A stretch of DNA of 43,245 nucleotides from a virus (taxonomy: Duplodnaviria; Caudoviricetes), in the IMG/VR virus record IMGVR_UViG_3300043621_000052, positions 1 through 43,245 of that record. One strand, 5' to 3'. A program made the translations under genes and the position numbers. Below the pieces are notes generated by a model that worked only from the letters and a program-made list of their open reading frames with translations, did no database searches and had not been told where the DNA came from. Below, piece after piece: positions 23,478-32,382 of the stretch (the stretch's first letter is position 1; every line of letters begins with the position of its first letter).

Positions 23478-24709
23478 TGGCTGACCCCGGCCTCCTCTAT
23501 CCCGACGACGAGCAGCTCCCGCCCTGGCTGCGGCAGGATCCCCGGGCGGCGGCGCTGCTGGCGACGCTCCAGGGCGGCGGCAATCAGCCCGCCGCGCCGA
23601 TCTGGAACCCTAATAACCCCGTCGGCACCGAGACGCTGCAATCGATGGGCATGCCGAAGCCGACGCTCCAGGCGGGCCTCCTCGGTGAATACATCAATCC
23701 GGCGACGGGCCAGATGACGGAGAAGGGCCGCGAGCGGATGAACAACCCGGCGCTGGGTCTCGATACGGGAGGACTGGGCGGCGCGATCAAGGCGTATCAC
23801 GGCTCGCCGCACAGCTTCGACGCGTTCGACGCGAGCAAGATCGGCACGGGCGAGGGCGCGCAGGCTTACGGGCACGGGATGTATTTCGCTGAGAACGAGG
23901 GCGTGGCGCGGGGTTATCGGGACCAACTCTCCCAGGACACCCGGCTGCTCTATCAAGGCAACAAGGTTGGTTACACTCGGAACGAAACGCCCGCCCAGGC
24001 AGCGGTTCGTAACGCGGGCGATTATATGATGACCCGCGACGTGACAGCGGAAGAGGCGCTGAAACGGGTCCAGCGTGATTTTGCTTTGGCCGCGCGCGAT
24101 CCGGGGCGAAAGAACGCCGACCACATGCAGGCCGTCTCCGATGCCGTAAGCGGCATTGATCCGTCTCACCTAAGTATTGAGCGCGGCGGCCACATGTATG
24201 AGGTCAACCTCAAGGCCGACCCGGAGCATTTCCTCGATTGGGACCGGCCGCTGAGTGAGCAGCATCCGAAGGTGCGGGAGGCGGTGCGCTCCACGTTGCG
24301 ACAATTCGCGGATCAACCCGAACCGTTTCCGGGTGTGCGTGCGGTTGAACAGAGATTACTGAGCGCCATCGATACGCCTGAGAACGTCAGTTCCGCGAGT
24401 GCACTGAAGGGGTATGACGCTTACCAGCATCTTGCCCGTCGATTGGCGGGAGCGAGCAATGGTCGATGGAACCCACAAGACGCCGTTGGTTCTGCTGCCG
24501 CTCTCCGCGAAGCAGGCATCCCCGGCATTCGCTACCTCGACCAGGGCAGCCGAGGCGCGGGCGAGGGATCGCGCAACTACGTCGCGTTCGATCCCGCGAC
24601 GATCGAAATCCTCCGCAAATACGGCCTCGCCGGTCTACTCGGCGGTGGTGCGGCGGCAGCTGCCGCGCCGGGCGACGCCCAGGCCGCGCCAGCAGGGCTG
24701 ATCCCATGA
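23477..24709 (+). CDS. Putative ADP-ribosyltransferase-fold protein (ART-PolyVal-like), probable virion cargo
   Basis: AYHGSPHSFDAFD...GEGAQAYGHGMYFAE...ARGY, MYEVNL and GIPGIRYLD...NYVAFD. Confidence 0.7.
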   Translation: MADPGLLYPDDEQLPPWLRQDPRAAALLATLQGGGNQPAAPIWNPNNPVGTETLQSMGMPKPTLQAGLLGEYINPATGQMTEKGRERMNNPALGLDTGGLGGAIKAYHGSPHSFDAFDASKIGTGEGAQAYGHGMYFAENEGVARGYRDQLSQDTRLLYQGNKVGYTRNETPAQAAVRNAGDYMMTRDVTAEEALKRVQRDFALAARDPGRKNADHMQAVSDAVSGIDPSHLSIERGGHMYEVNLKADPEHFLDWDRPLSEQHPKVREAVRSTLRQFADQPEPFPGVRAVEQRLLSAIDTPENVSSASALKGYDAYQHLARRLAGASNGRWNPQDAVGSAAALREAGIPGIRYLDQGSRGAGEGSRNYVAFDPATIEILRKYGLAGLLGGGAAAAAAPGDAQAAPAGLIP

Positions 24710-26412
24710 GCCTGCTTTACCCCGGCGAGGCCGAGCTGGACGACGACTGGATCGCGAAGCGGCTGTTGTCGATGCCGACCGAGGCGACGCCGCAGGCCCC
24801 TTACCCGACCCAGACCATGTCGATGCCGGATCCCTCGTTCCGCCCCGGCGTGCAGACCGGCGGGGGCCTGCTGGGCCTCCCCGGCGGCATGATGTCGGCG
24901 GAGCAGGCCGACACCATGCGCCAGGGGTCGATCGACCTGTTCACGCAGCTGGGGCTGCTTGGCGGCGCACCGTCACCGGCCGCCGCCGAAGCGAAGCAAA
25001 TTGCCTCGGCCCGCGCGCGAACCCCGCGCAACCTCCCGCCAGGGCGGCGCGGCGGGGCGTCTTACGAGACGATCGACCCTGACGCCCCGGTGGTGCCCGA
25101 CGCCCCGGCGGCGTTCGGTGTCGGCCATAACAAGCCGCCGATTGAGCAGGCGATCTGGGCCAACCCGGAGGCGGCGCGCGACGTCGCCCAGGTGCGGGTC
25201 GGCCGGATGGGCAGCAAGGCCGACGATCAACTCGCGAAGCTGGGCTTGCCAACCTACGCGGAGATGACCCCCTCGACCAACACCGGCCCGGTGTCGGAGG
25301 CGCAGATCCGGGGCGACGCGACCGGCTCCCCGGTGCGGCCGGGTCAGGTCTTCGACCTCTCGGACACATGGCGCGTCCCTGACGTGCCGCAGACCCCCCT
25401 GGCGCGGATCGACCCGAACGCCGGTCGGCGCAAAGGGCTACCGGAACATATCGAGCAGGCGACGACCGATCCCGTGCTGCGCGCCAAGCTGCGCGGCGTC
25501 GTCGAGGCGGGACTGAAGCAGGGCGGCGCATACTGGTACAACGCCGAACCGTTGCGACAGGCGTTCGTTTCGGAGCTGGGACAGGACGAAGGCAACGCGG
25601 TCTTCTCGAAATATATGTCCACCGTCGGTGCGGTCAGCGCGGGATCCGATGTCGCCCAGAACATCCGCACTGGCAGCTACTACAACGTGCGCGAGCGGCA
25701 GGGCGACCCGGTGCAGGGGAAACAAAACGCTAAAGGGCGGTGGCAACCGATCGATGTCGAGAAGCCCTACGGCCACAAGATGCAGGACACGCAATACGGC
25801 GGTTACCGCGACATCGCCGACGGCGAACCGCTGGATCCCCAGATGCGCCCCAAGCGGGCGTCTTTCGATACCAATCTGCAAGGGAACCAGTATCCGGTAA
25901 CCGTCGACAAGCACAACTTGCGCCTGATCGGAATGCTGAGCCAGCACCCCGACTTCCTCAACACGAAGATCAAAGCGGACGTAAATTTCCCGTCGATCGG
26001 CGTCGCCAAGGGCGAGAGCATCAACTTTCGCGAGGCGCTCAAGACCGGTCGCGTCACGATGGATCAGCTGCTGCAAATCCCGCAGGCCTGGAAAGACGTG
26101 CCGGATGCGAACCACTACGGCGCGCTGGAGGCGATGCAGCAGTCCCTGGCCCAGGAGATGGGTCTCAGCCCGGCGCAGCTCCAGGCGGCGCTGTGGGTCG
26201 GCGGTGGCCGTGCCACCGGCCTGAAATCGCTGCCGACGAGCTTCATGGGTGCGCTCGAGGGCAAGCTGGTGAACACCGCCCAGAAACGCGGCATCTCGCC
26301 AACCGAGGCGCTGCTGGAGTTCGTTCGGGGACAGAAACCATTGCTGACGCCGCTGCTGGCCGGTGGCGGCGCGGCGTCGCTCCTCTACCCGGAGGAGGAC
26401 CAGCGGCAATGA
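24706..26412 (+). CDS. Putative HhH-GPD/DNA-glycosylase-like protein (568 aa), probable virion cargo
   Basis: ATGA-coupled start at 24706; motifs AYWY, PKRASFDTN...VTVDKHNLR and YGALE...LAQEMGLSPAQLQAALW. Confidence 0.6.
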   Translation: MSLLYPGEAELDDDWIAKRLLSMPTEATPQAPYPTQTMSMPDPSFRPGVQTGGGLLGLPGGMMSAEQADTMRQGSIDLFTQLGLLGGAPSPAAAEAKQIASARARTPRNLPPGRRGGASYETIDPDAPVVPDAPAAFGVGHNKPPIEQAIWANPEAARDVAQVRVGRMGSKADDQLAKLGLPTYAEMTPSTNTGPVSEAQIRGDATGSPVRPGQVFDLSDTWRVPDVPQTPLARIDPNAGRRKGLPEHIEQATTDPVLRAKLRGVVEAGLKQGGAYWYNAEPLRQAFVSELGQDEGNAVFSKYMSTVGAVSAGSDVAQNIRTGSYYNVRERQGDPVQGKQNAKGRWQPIDVEKPYGHKMQDTQYGGYRDIADGEPLDPQMRPKRASFDTNLQGNQYPVTVDKHNLRLIGMLSQHPDFLNTKIKADVNFPSIGVAKGESINFREALKTGRVTMDQLLQIPQAWKDVPDANHYGALEAMQQSLAQEMGLSPAQLQAALWVGGGRATGLKSLPTSFMGALEGKLVNTAQKRGISPTEALLEFVRGQKPLLTPLLAGGGAASLLYPEEDQRQ

Positions 26413-26711
26413 CGCTCCACCCCCGCGACCCCTCCGTCGCCCTGCGTGAGGCCTCCGAGGCCGCCGTCGCGGCCCAGGCCACGCTGGAAGATCCCGGCCT
26501 GCGGGCGGCGTTCTCCCGCCTCCAGGGTCATTACGCGCAGCAAATGAGACGTCTCCCGCCCGAGGACAAAGACGGCCGGGAGGGGGCTTACCTCATGCTC
26601 CGCGCGCTCGATGCGCTGGCGACCGATCTGGCCCAGGCGATCAGCGGCGCGGAGATCGCGAAACATAACCACCGTTCTGTTCTCAGATCGGTCGGGAGTA
26701 ACAACAAATGA
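26409..26711 (+). CDS. Small head-associated protein preceding the scaffold (100 aa)
   Basis: ATGA coupling at both ends; REGAYLMLRALD motif; synteny. Confidence 0.75.
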   Translation: MTLHPRDPSVALREASEAAVAAQATLEDPGLRAAFSRLQGHYAQQMRRLPPEDKDGREGAYLMLRALDALATDLAQAISGAEIAKHNHRSVLRSVGSNNK

Positions 26712-27808
26712 GTGGCACGGCACAACAGGGCACCCCCGCGCCTGCGGATGCGGGATCCTCGTTGCAAAAGGCGGCGGCATCGATCGAGCAAATCCTGGAC
26801 CGTGAAAACGGCAACCCAGAAGCCCCTCGGCAGGCCCCCGTGCCACGGCGCGCACCGTCTCGGACGGAAGCAGACGCGTCGTCGCCTGACGCTGAAACGG
26901 AGCCACGCGAGACGCTGTCCGACGCGGAGACTGACGGAGAGGTCGACGACCTTTACGAGCAGCCCGATGCCGAGGAAGATGGTTCCGAAGAGGCAACTGA
27001 GGCCGAGGAGCAAGAGACCGACGACGAGCCCGTCCCCCGGTCGTTCACCGTCAAAATCGACGGCAAGGACGTGAAGGTTACGGAGCCGGAACTGGTCAAC
27101 GGCTACCTGCGGCAGCAGGATTACACCCGCAAGACGATGGCGCTTGCTGAGAATGACAAACAGTTTCGCGGCTACGTCGCGGCTGTCCAGTCTCACGAGC
27201 AGGAATTGCGGACGGAGCGAGCCCAATACGCTGAACTTCTACCGGTGCTCTCGGAACAATTGGCGGCACTCAAGGGACAAATCGGCGAGCCCGATCCCCA
27301 GCTGCTGAACACCGACCCGGTTGAGTACATGCGGCAACGCGCGGTCTTTGATGACATCCAGAAACGAGAGATGGCGGCGGCGCAGGAGATGCAGCGCCTC
27401 CAGCATGTTTCGTTAGAGGAACAGCAGAAGCAGCGCGCGGCGTTGTTGATCAAGGAGCGGGAGCTGGTCAAACAGCGTGTCCCGGCCTGGGCCGACGACG
27501 CACGGTGGAAACAGGTGACCCAGACAGCCCGCGCCTACGCGGAGGAGCTGGGCTACACCGAGGCGGAAATCCGCGAGGTGCTTGATCACAGGGCCGTGAT
27601 GGTCCTGTGGCAGGCCGCGCGCTACGCCAGCATGGCCAAGCAGGGGATCCCGGTCGCTAACCGCCCCCGGCAGCAGACAGCCACTCCACCGGATCCAGGG
27701 CCAGCTCCAACGCGCCGACGGTTGTCGGTGCATAATCAGAACAAACAGCGTCTCGCGAAATCGCACAGCGTCGCCGATGCGGCGTCTGTCATCCGTGGTC
27801 TCCTGTGA
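26708..27808 (+). CDS. Capsid scaffolding protein
   Basis: Acidic N-terminus, FTVKIDGKDVKVTEPELVNGYLRQQDYTRKT and a coiled coil; directly upstream of the capsid gene. Confidence 0.9.
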   Translation: MSGTAQQGTPAPADAGSSLQKAAASIEQILDRENGNPEAPRQAPVPRRAPSRTEADASSPDAETEPRETLSDAETDGEVDDLYEQPDAEEDGSEEATEAEEQETDDEPVPRSFTVKIDGKDVKVTEPELVNGYLRQQDYTRKTMALAENDKQFRGYVAAVQSHEQELRTERAQYAELLPVLSEQLAALKGQIGEPDPQLLNTDPVEYMRQRAVFDDIQKREMAAAQEMQRLQHVSLEEQQKQRAALLIKERELVKQRVPAWADDARWKQVTQTARAYAEELGYTEAEIREVLDHRAVMVLWQAARYASMAKQGIPVANRPRQQTATPPDPGPAPTRRRLSVHNQNKQRLAKSHSVADAASVIRGLL

Positions 27809-27820
27809 TGGAGCGAGAGA

Positions 27821-29434
27821 ATGCCCAAAGTTACAAACGCCTTCACCACTTATCAGGCGAAAGGCAACCGCGAAGATCTGGCTGATGCCATCTTCAACAT
27901 TGACCCGGTAGACACGATCTTTCTTTCCATGTCTGAAACAAGATCCATTTCGAATGTGATGTTCGATTGGCAGACCGAGAAGTTGCCGACGATCAACGCC
28001 GGGAACGCCCAGGTCGAGGGCTTCACACTGGTGCGTGGTCCGTCGACGCCGACCATTCGCATCGGCAACGTCGCGCAGATCAGTGAGCGCGACGCGACCG
28101 TTTCGGGCACGCAAGAGCACGCCGACGCGGCGGGCAAATCCGGCGAGATGAGCCACCAGATGGCGCTCGCTGGCAAAGCCCTGAAGCGTGACATGGAAAC
28201 CATCCTGCTGGGTGTGCAGCCCTATAACGCGGGTGCTGACGACACCACCGGACGCACCACGCGCGGTCTGGAACATTGGCTGACGACAAACGCCTTCTAT
28301 GGCGCGACCGGGGCAAATCCCGTGTCGGCGACGACAGCTGTCACCGATGGCACGCCGCGCGCGTTCACCGAGGCACTGCTCGGCGACGCGATCCAGGCAA
28401 CCTACGACAAGGGCGGAGAGCCGGATCACCTGTTGATGGGGTCTTACATCAAACGCGTGTTCTCGACCTTCCTCGGCCGCAGCCAGAGCCGTGTCGCGAT
28501 TGACAAGGACGAGATCAACGCGGCGGCGGATTTCTACCTGTCCGACTTCGGCGAGCTGAAGGCCTACCCGTCGCGCTACATCCGGCCGCGCACGGTGATC
28601 GGCTGGGATCCCGATTTCACCAAAGTGGCCTACTACCGGAAGATGGAGAAGGTCGACATCGCCAAGATCGGCGACGCCGACACGAAAATGATCTTGTCCG
28701 AGTATGGGTTACAGGTCAGCAACGAAGCCGCGCATTTCAAAATCGCCGACCTGATCACCAGCGGGGCGATCACCCTGGCGGGGACCACGACGCAGACGAC
28801 CGACCGGGTCATTGGCGGTGTACACGGCACGGCGGTGTCTGGTGAGACGGAAGCCTACAACGCCGACGGCAGTCCGAAGATGCCGCCAGCGAACCGCCAG
28901 CAGCCGTTCGATGCCGGTGGCACGCCGATGTATGCCGGGCCTTACGGCGGGCAGGGCAACATCAACCCGATGATGGGTGGGGCGCTCGACGAGCGTGGCC
29001 GCCTGCGGACCGACGTGCCGGTGCCTTACGACGCGTCCGGTGCGGTCAACCAGGATGGCACGGTCCTCGCCTCGCCGGGTTCCCTGAGCCCGGTGACGTT
29101 CCCAGGCCAGAACCCCGGCGCGGAACGGGATCCGCCACCGCCCCCGGCCAGCCCCAAGCCCGCCACGCCCCCGGCGGCGACGGGGGAACAAGGCTCCAGC
29201 CCTGGCACGCTGTTGGTGACCTCTGCTCAGGGGAACCCGTCAGAGGTGACGGCGAAGACACCGGCCGGGACCAAGGGCTCGATCGTTTGGGGCGACGCGA
29301 CCCCCGATGACCAACCCAAGAATGGCCTCGTCGGGGTGAAACACACCTACGAAACGCCCGGCGACTACACCGTGCGCCTCGTCGATGAGGGCGGCGTCCT
29401 TATCGCCTCGGCGTCGGTTCACGTTCCGGTCTAA
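27821..29434 (+). CDS. Major capsid protein (SU10/DUF5309-like) with a C-terminal linker and PKD-like domain
   Basis: Motifs GNREDLADAIFNIDP, NVAQI, KALKRDME and AKIGDAD...ADL at ~aa 311; then WGD...HTYETPGDYTVRL. Confidence 0.92.
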   Translation: MPKVTNAFTTYQAKGNREDLADAIFNIDPVDTIFLSMSETRSISNVMFDWQTEKLPTINAGNAQVEGFTLVRGPSTPTIRIGNVAQISERDATVSGTQEHADAAGKSGEMSHQMALAGKALKRDMETILLGVQPYNAGADDTTGRTTRGLEHWLTTNAFYGATGANPVSATTAVTDGTPRAFTEALLGDAIQATYDKGGEPDHLLMGSYIKRVFSTFLGRSQSRVAIDKDEINAAADFYLSDFGELKAYPSRYIRPRTVIGWDPDFTKVAYYRKMEKVDIAKIGDADTKMILSEYGLQVSNEAAHFKIADLITSGAITLAGTTTQTTDRVIGGVHGTAVSGETEAYNADGSPKMPPANRQQPFDAGGTPMYAGPYGGQGNINPMMGGALDERGRLRTDVPVPYDASGAVNQDGTVLASPGSLSPVTFPGQNPGAERDPPPPPASPKPATPPAATGEQGSSPGTLLVTSAQGNPSEVTAKTPAGTKGSIVWGDATPDDQPKNGLVGVKHTYETPGDYTVRLVDEGGVLIASASVHVPV

Positions 29435-29443
29435 CAACGGGGA

Positions 29444-29465
29444 GCGGCGGGCGAGAGCCCGCCGC
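29444..29465 (+). terminator. GC-rich hairpin with GAGA tetraloop after the capsid gene (no U-tract)
   Basis: GCGGCGGGC-GAGA-GCCCGCCGC; a possible mRNA stabiliser or attenuator. Confidence 0.45.
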
Positions 29466-29473
29466 GAACGCTC

Positions 29474-29773
29474 ATGTCGTTTCGTATCCTTCATTCCGCC
29501 AGCGGCGGTGTGGTCCGCTGGGTCTCCTCCACCCCCGGCAACGATCAGGTGGTCGTCCATGACGAGCAGGAGGTCGGCGACCTCCTGCGCGCCAACGCCC
29601 GCGACGCTGATGTCGATCAGACCGGCCAGCATTTCCGGCTGGTGGCGCGCGTGCCGATGTCGATCATGAACAAGGCGATCCAGGAGGGCTGGTCGCGCGA
29701 CAAAGAGAAGTGGCGCGAGTGGCTCAACAACTCTGATAATAGAGCCTTCAGAGTTTGGCCAGGAAAAGTGTGA
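29474..29773 (+). CDS. Conserved small head-region protein (99 aa)
   Basis: FRLVARVP...WLNNSDNRAFRVWPGKV; usual position after this capsid type. Confidence 0.8.
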   Translation: MSFRILHSASGGVVRWVSSTPGNDQVVVHDEQEVGDLLRANARDADVDQTGQHFRLVARVPMSIMNKAIQEGWSRDKEKWREWLNNSDNRAFRVWPGKV

Positions 29774-30222
29774 TGCCAGCAAAACAGGACATCGCGCTAC
29801 GCTTCTTCGATAAGGTTTCTCCAGAGCCAAACAGCGGCTGCTGGCTGTGGGACAGCGCCGTAAACAATAAGGGCTACGGTCTGATCTTTAATTCTGACCC
29901 TGATAAAGAGCGTCAGGCGCATCGAGTATCGTGGCGGTTGCATCGCGGTGAAATCCCCACCGGGATGTGCGTGCTGCACCGCTGCGATGTGCCTTTGTGT
30001 GTAAACCAAAATCATCTGTTCCTTGGCACGATGAAAGATAACACACAGGATATGATTAAAAAGGGCCGCGCTAAGGGTGGCCCGATAAAGCATTCAAACG
30101 AGTTGGTGCGCGAGATCAAGCAGAGCGAAGGCACATACACCGAGATCGCCAAACGCGTCGGCATCGATATGTCTTACGTTCGCAAGATTAAACTCGGTCA
30201 GTACCGGGCGGGGGTCACGTAG
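29773..30222 (+). CDS. Free-standing HNH homing endonuclease
   Basis: Motifs GCWLW, AHRVSW and VLHRCDVPLCVNQNHLFLGT; C-terminal HTH; lower GC. Confidence 0.92.
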   Translation: MPAKQDIALRFFDKVSPEPNSGCWLWDSAVNNKGYGLIFNSDPDKERQAHRVSWRLHRGEIPTGMCVLHRCDVPLCVNQNHLFLGTMKDNTQDMIKKGRAKGGPIKHSNELVREIKQSEGTYTEIAKRVGIDMSYVRKIKLGQYRAGVT

Positions 30223-30879
30223 ATGGCGCTTGAGAATTACAACGATCTGTTGCTGGCTGTACCTCGTTGGCTCAACAAAAGATCCCTCGACGGCATGGCG
30301 GCGGATTTTGTCCGCCTCACCGAGACCGATCTCCAGGCGAAACTTCGTAGCCGCGAGATGCAAGTGACGGTTGACGCGCCGGTCTCCTGCGGCGCGGTAA
30401 ATCTGCCACTTGATTGGCTTGACGCAACGAGATTGTGGATGCACGGAGCCACGCGGGCACTGGACTTTTGCACCGTCGACGAGCTGGAGGAGATCCGTCG
30501 TCAGTATGCCTGCCCCGGCGGCATGCCGACACACTTCTCGTGGACCGACAGCACGATCGAGCTGGCACCGGCCCCGACCGGCGAGATGATCCTGCATATG
30601 ACCTACTATCGCCAGATCCCCAGGCTCAGCGTCGCCGCGCCGATCAACTGGCTGACGGCGCGGGACATGGGTGTCTACCTCTACGGCGCGCTGGTGCGTG
30701 CCAGTCCTTATCTTCTCGACGACAGCCGCGTCGCGACGTGGGCGAGTGAGTACACCGGCCGCGTCGCCGCGCTCAATCTGTCGTCTCAGGTCGCGCTGCA
30801 CTCCGGTGCGCCCCTGGTGCGACGGATCCGGGGCTTCGGGCGCGCCACCAAATCCCCCCAGTGGAGTGCGCACCCATGA
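30223..30879 (+). CDS. Head-tail adaptor (tail tubular A-like)
   Basis: MALENYNDLLLAVPRWLN, LPLDWL, IELAPAP and YLYGAL; synteny. Confidence 0.8.
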   Translation: MALENYNDLLLAVPRWLNKRSLDGMAADFVRLTETDLQAKLRSREMQVTVDAPVSCGAVNLPLDWLDATRLWMHGATRALDFCTVDELEEIRRQYACPGGMPTHFSWTDSTIELAPAPTGEMILHMTYYRQIPRLSVAAPINWLTARDMGVYLYGALVRASPYLLDDSRVATWASEYTGRVAALNLSSQVALHSGAPLVRRIRGFGRATKSPQWSAHP

Positions 30880-31313
30880 GTGGTTCCCTGCCTCCCGTCT
30901 ACGTTTACGGGGCGTTTTCCGATTTCCTCGAGACCAAGATCCTCGATCACGTCTTCAGGAACGTGCCCTATACGCCGCCCACGGCGCTCTGGGTGGCGCT
31001 CTACCTGTTGCCGGGTGCCACTGACACGGGCGCGGGGGCGGAGCCCCCTGACGCGGCGGGCTACGTGCGCCTGCCGGTGACGTTTGTCCCCGGCACGGCC
31101 GGGGTCGACGGCTCCTCGACCCTCTGGAACGACGCGGTGCTCCAGTGGCCGGTCGCGACCGGCGCGTGGGGCACGGTGACGTGGGTGGGCATTCACGACG
31201 CGGCGACCCTCGGCAACATGCTGGCGCACGGTCCCCTTGGCGCGATCAAGGTGGTCGACGGCGGCGACGCGGTGCGCTTCGGGGCTAATCAATTCGTCAT
31301 CGGTCTGCAATGA
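30876..31313 (+). CDS. Virion structural/tail protein
   Basis: FSDFLETKILDHVFR...WGTVTWVGIHDAATLGNML. Confidence 0.75.
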   Translation: MSGSLPPVYVYGAFSDFLETKILDHVFRNVPYTPPTALWVALYLLPGATDTGAGAEPPDAAGYVRLPVTFVPGTAGVDGSSTLWNDAVLQWPVATGAWGTVTWVGIHDAATLGNMLAHGPLGAIKVVDGGDAVRFGANQFVIGLQ

Positions 31314-31651
31314 CCTACCGCCCCCGTCCCTACGGCCTCGGTCCATACGGTGACGATATTTATTCGCAGTATCACCAGCCGGATCTCGCGCCCGCCATGG
31401 TGCTTGGCCGGTCGGTCATGATGCAGGAACCGCTGCACCGGGACGTCGGGTTCAGTCCCAGCATGCAGGCGCGATCCGGCATGCGGGTTCGCTTGTTGGA
31501 AGAGGCTCTGCTGCGGACCCTCATCCTGACCGGCCAGAGTTACAGCTACGCCAACGCACGCCTCTACTGGGAAGAGACCCCGGCCTGCTCGACGGTCTGG
31601 ACCGTCAGGCCGCCCCCTCCGTTTGTTTGCTCTGAGCTGGAGGCAGTTTGA
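31310..31651 (+). CDS. Hypothetical structural protein (113 aa)
   Basis: Coupled start and stop; YGLGPYG motif. Confidence 0.65.
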   Translation: MTYRPRPYGLGPYGDDIYSQYHQPDLAPAMVLGRSVMMQEPLHRDVGFSPSMQARSGMRVRLLEEALLRTLILTGQSYSYANARLYWEETPACSTVWTVRPPPPFVCSELEAV

Positions 31652-32379
31652 TGGCTGACACATTCACGCCCGTCTTGAACATGGTCAAACCAGAGATAGA
31701 CGCCTCGGCGGAGACATGGGGTCAGAAGCTGAACGCGGACCTGGATCTGCTCGACGCGTTCGCCGGGGAGATGCGCGCGTTGATCGCCGCTCACCCACCC
31801 GGCGGCGGCAGCGGCGGCGATCCGGTCGCGGCGTTGCCGCGTGGCGTCATCGTGGCGTGGGCGGGAACACCCAACAACGTCCCCACCGGGTGGCTCCTTT
31901 GCAATGGATCGAACGGCACGCCAAATCTGACCGATCGTTTCATCCTGGGAAACACTGGCACGCGCGCGGTCTGGAGCGCTGGCGGGGACTTTGGTCACAC
32001 CGAGACAACGGCCGCCGCCGGAACGCACGCTCATTTTGGTAGCGTGACCAGCACCGCGCTCAACACTGACCAGGTCCCCGCGCATCAACACGCCGGATAT
32101 ACCGACGCGTCTGGCATACATCAGCACGGCTACATGCGGACCAATGAGGCGGCCGCGACAAGTGGCGGTCCAGGGATAGTCGCGAGTGAGGCGTATTTCG
32201 GGGCGCGGCTGGAAGGGACGCAGACCGACGGGAGCCACGCGCACAACATCATCACCGACTTTCGCGGCGGCGGTCAGGGGCACCTGCATTACATCTACGA
32301 TGACGGCAGCCACACGCACACCGCCAACATCACCACCACACCGCCTTACTTCTCCCTTTGCTACATCATGAGGGCGTAA
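31651..32379 (+). CDS. Short tail fibre with collar domain and HxH repeats
   Basis: PRGVIVAWAG...PTGWLLCNGSNGTPNLTDRF, six HxH motifs, and a PPYFSLCYIM end. Confidence 0.85.
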   Translation: MADTFTPVLNMVKPEIDASAETWGQKLNADLDLLDAFAGEMRALIAAHPPGGGSGGDPVAALPRGVIVAWAGTPNNVPTGWLLCNGSNGTPNLTDRFILGNTGTRAVWSAGGDFGHTETTAAAGTHAHFGSVTSTALNTDQVPAHQHAGYTDASGIHQHGYMRTNEAAATSGGPGIVASEAYFGARLEGTQTDGSHAHNIITDFRGGGQGHLHYIYDDGSHTHTANITTTPPYFSLCYIMRA

Positions 32380-32382
32380 CGA

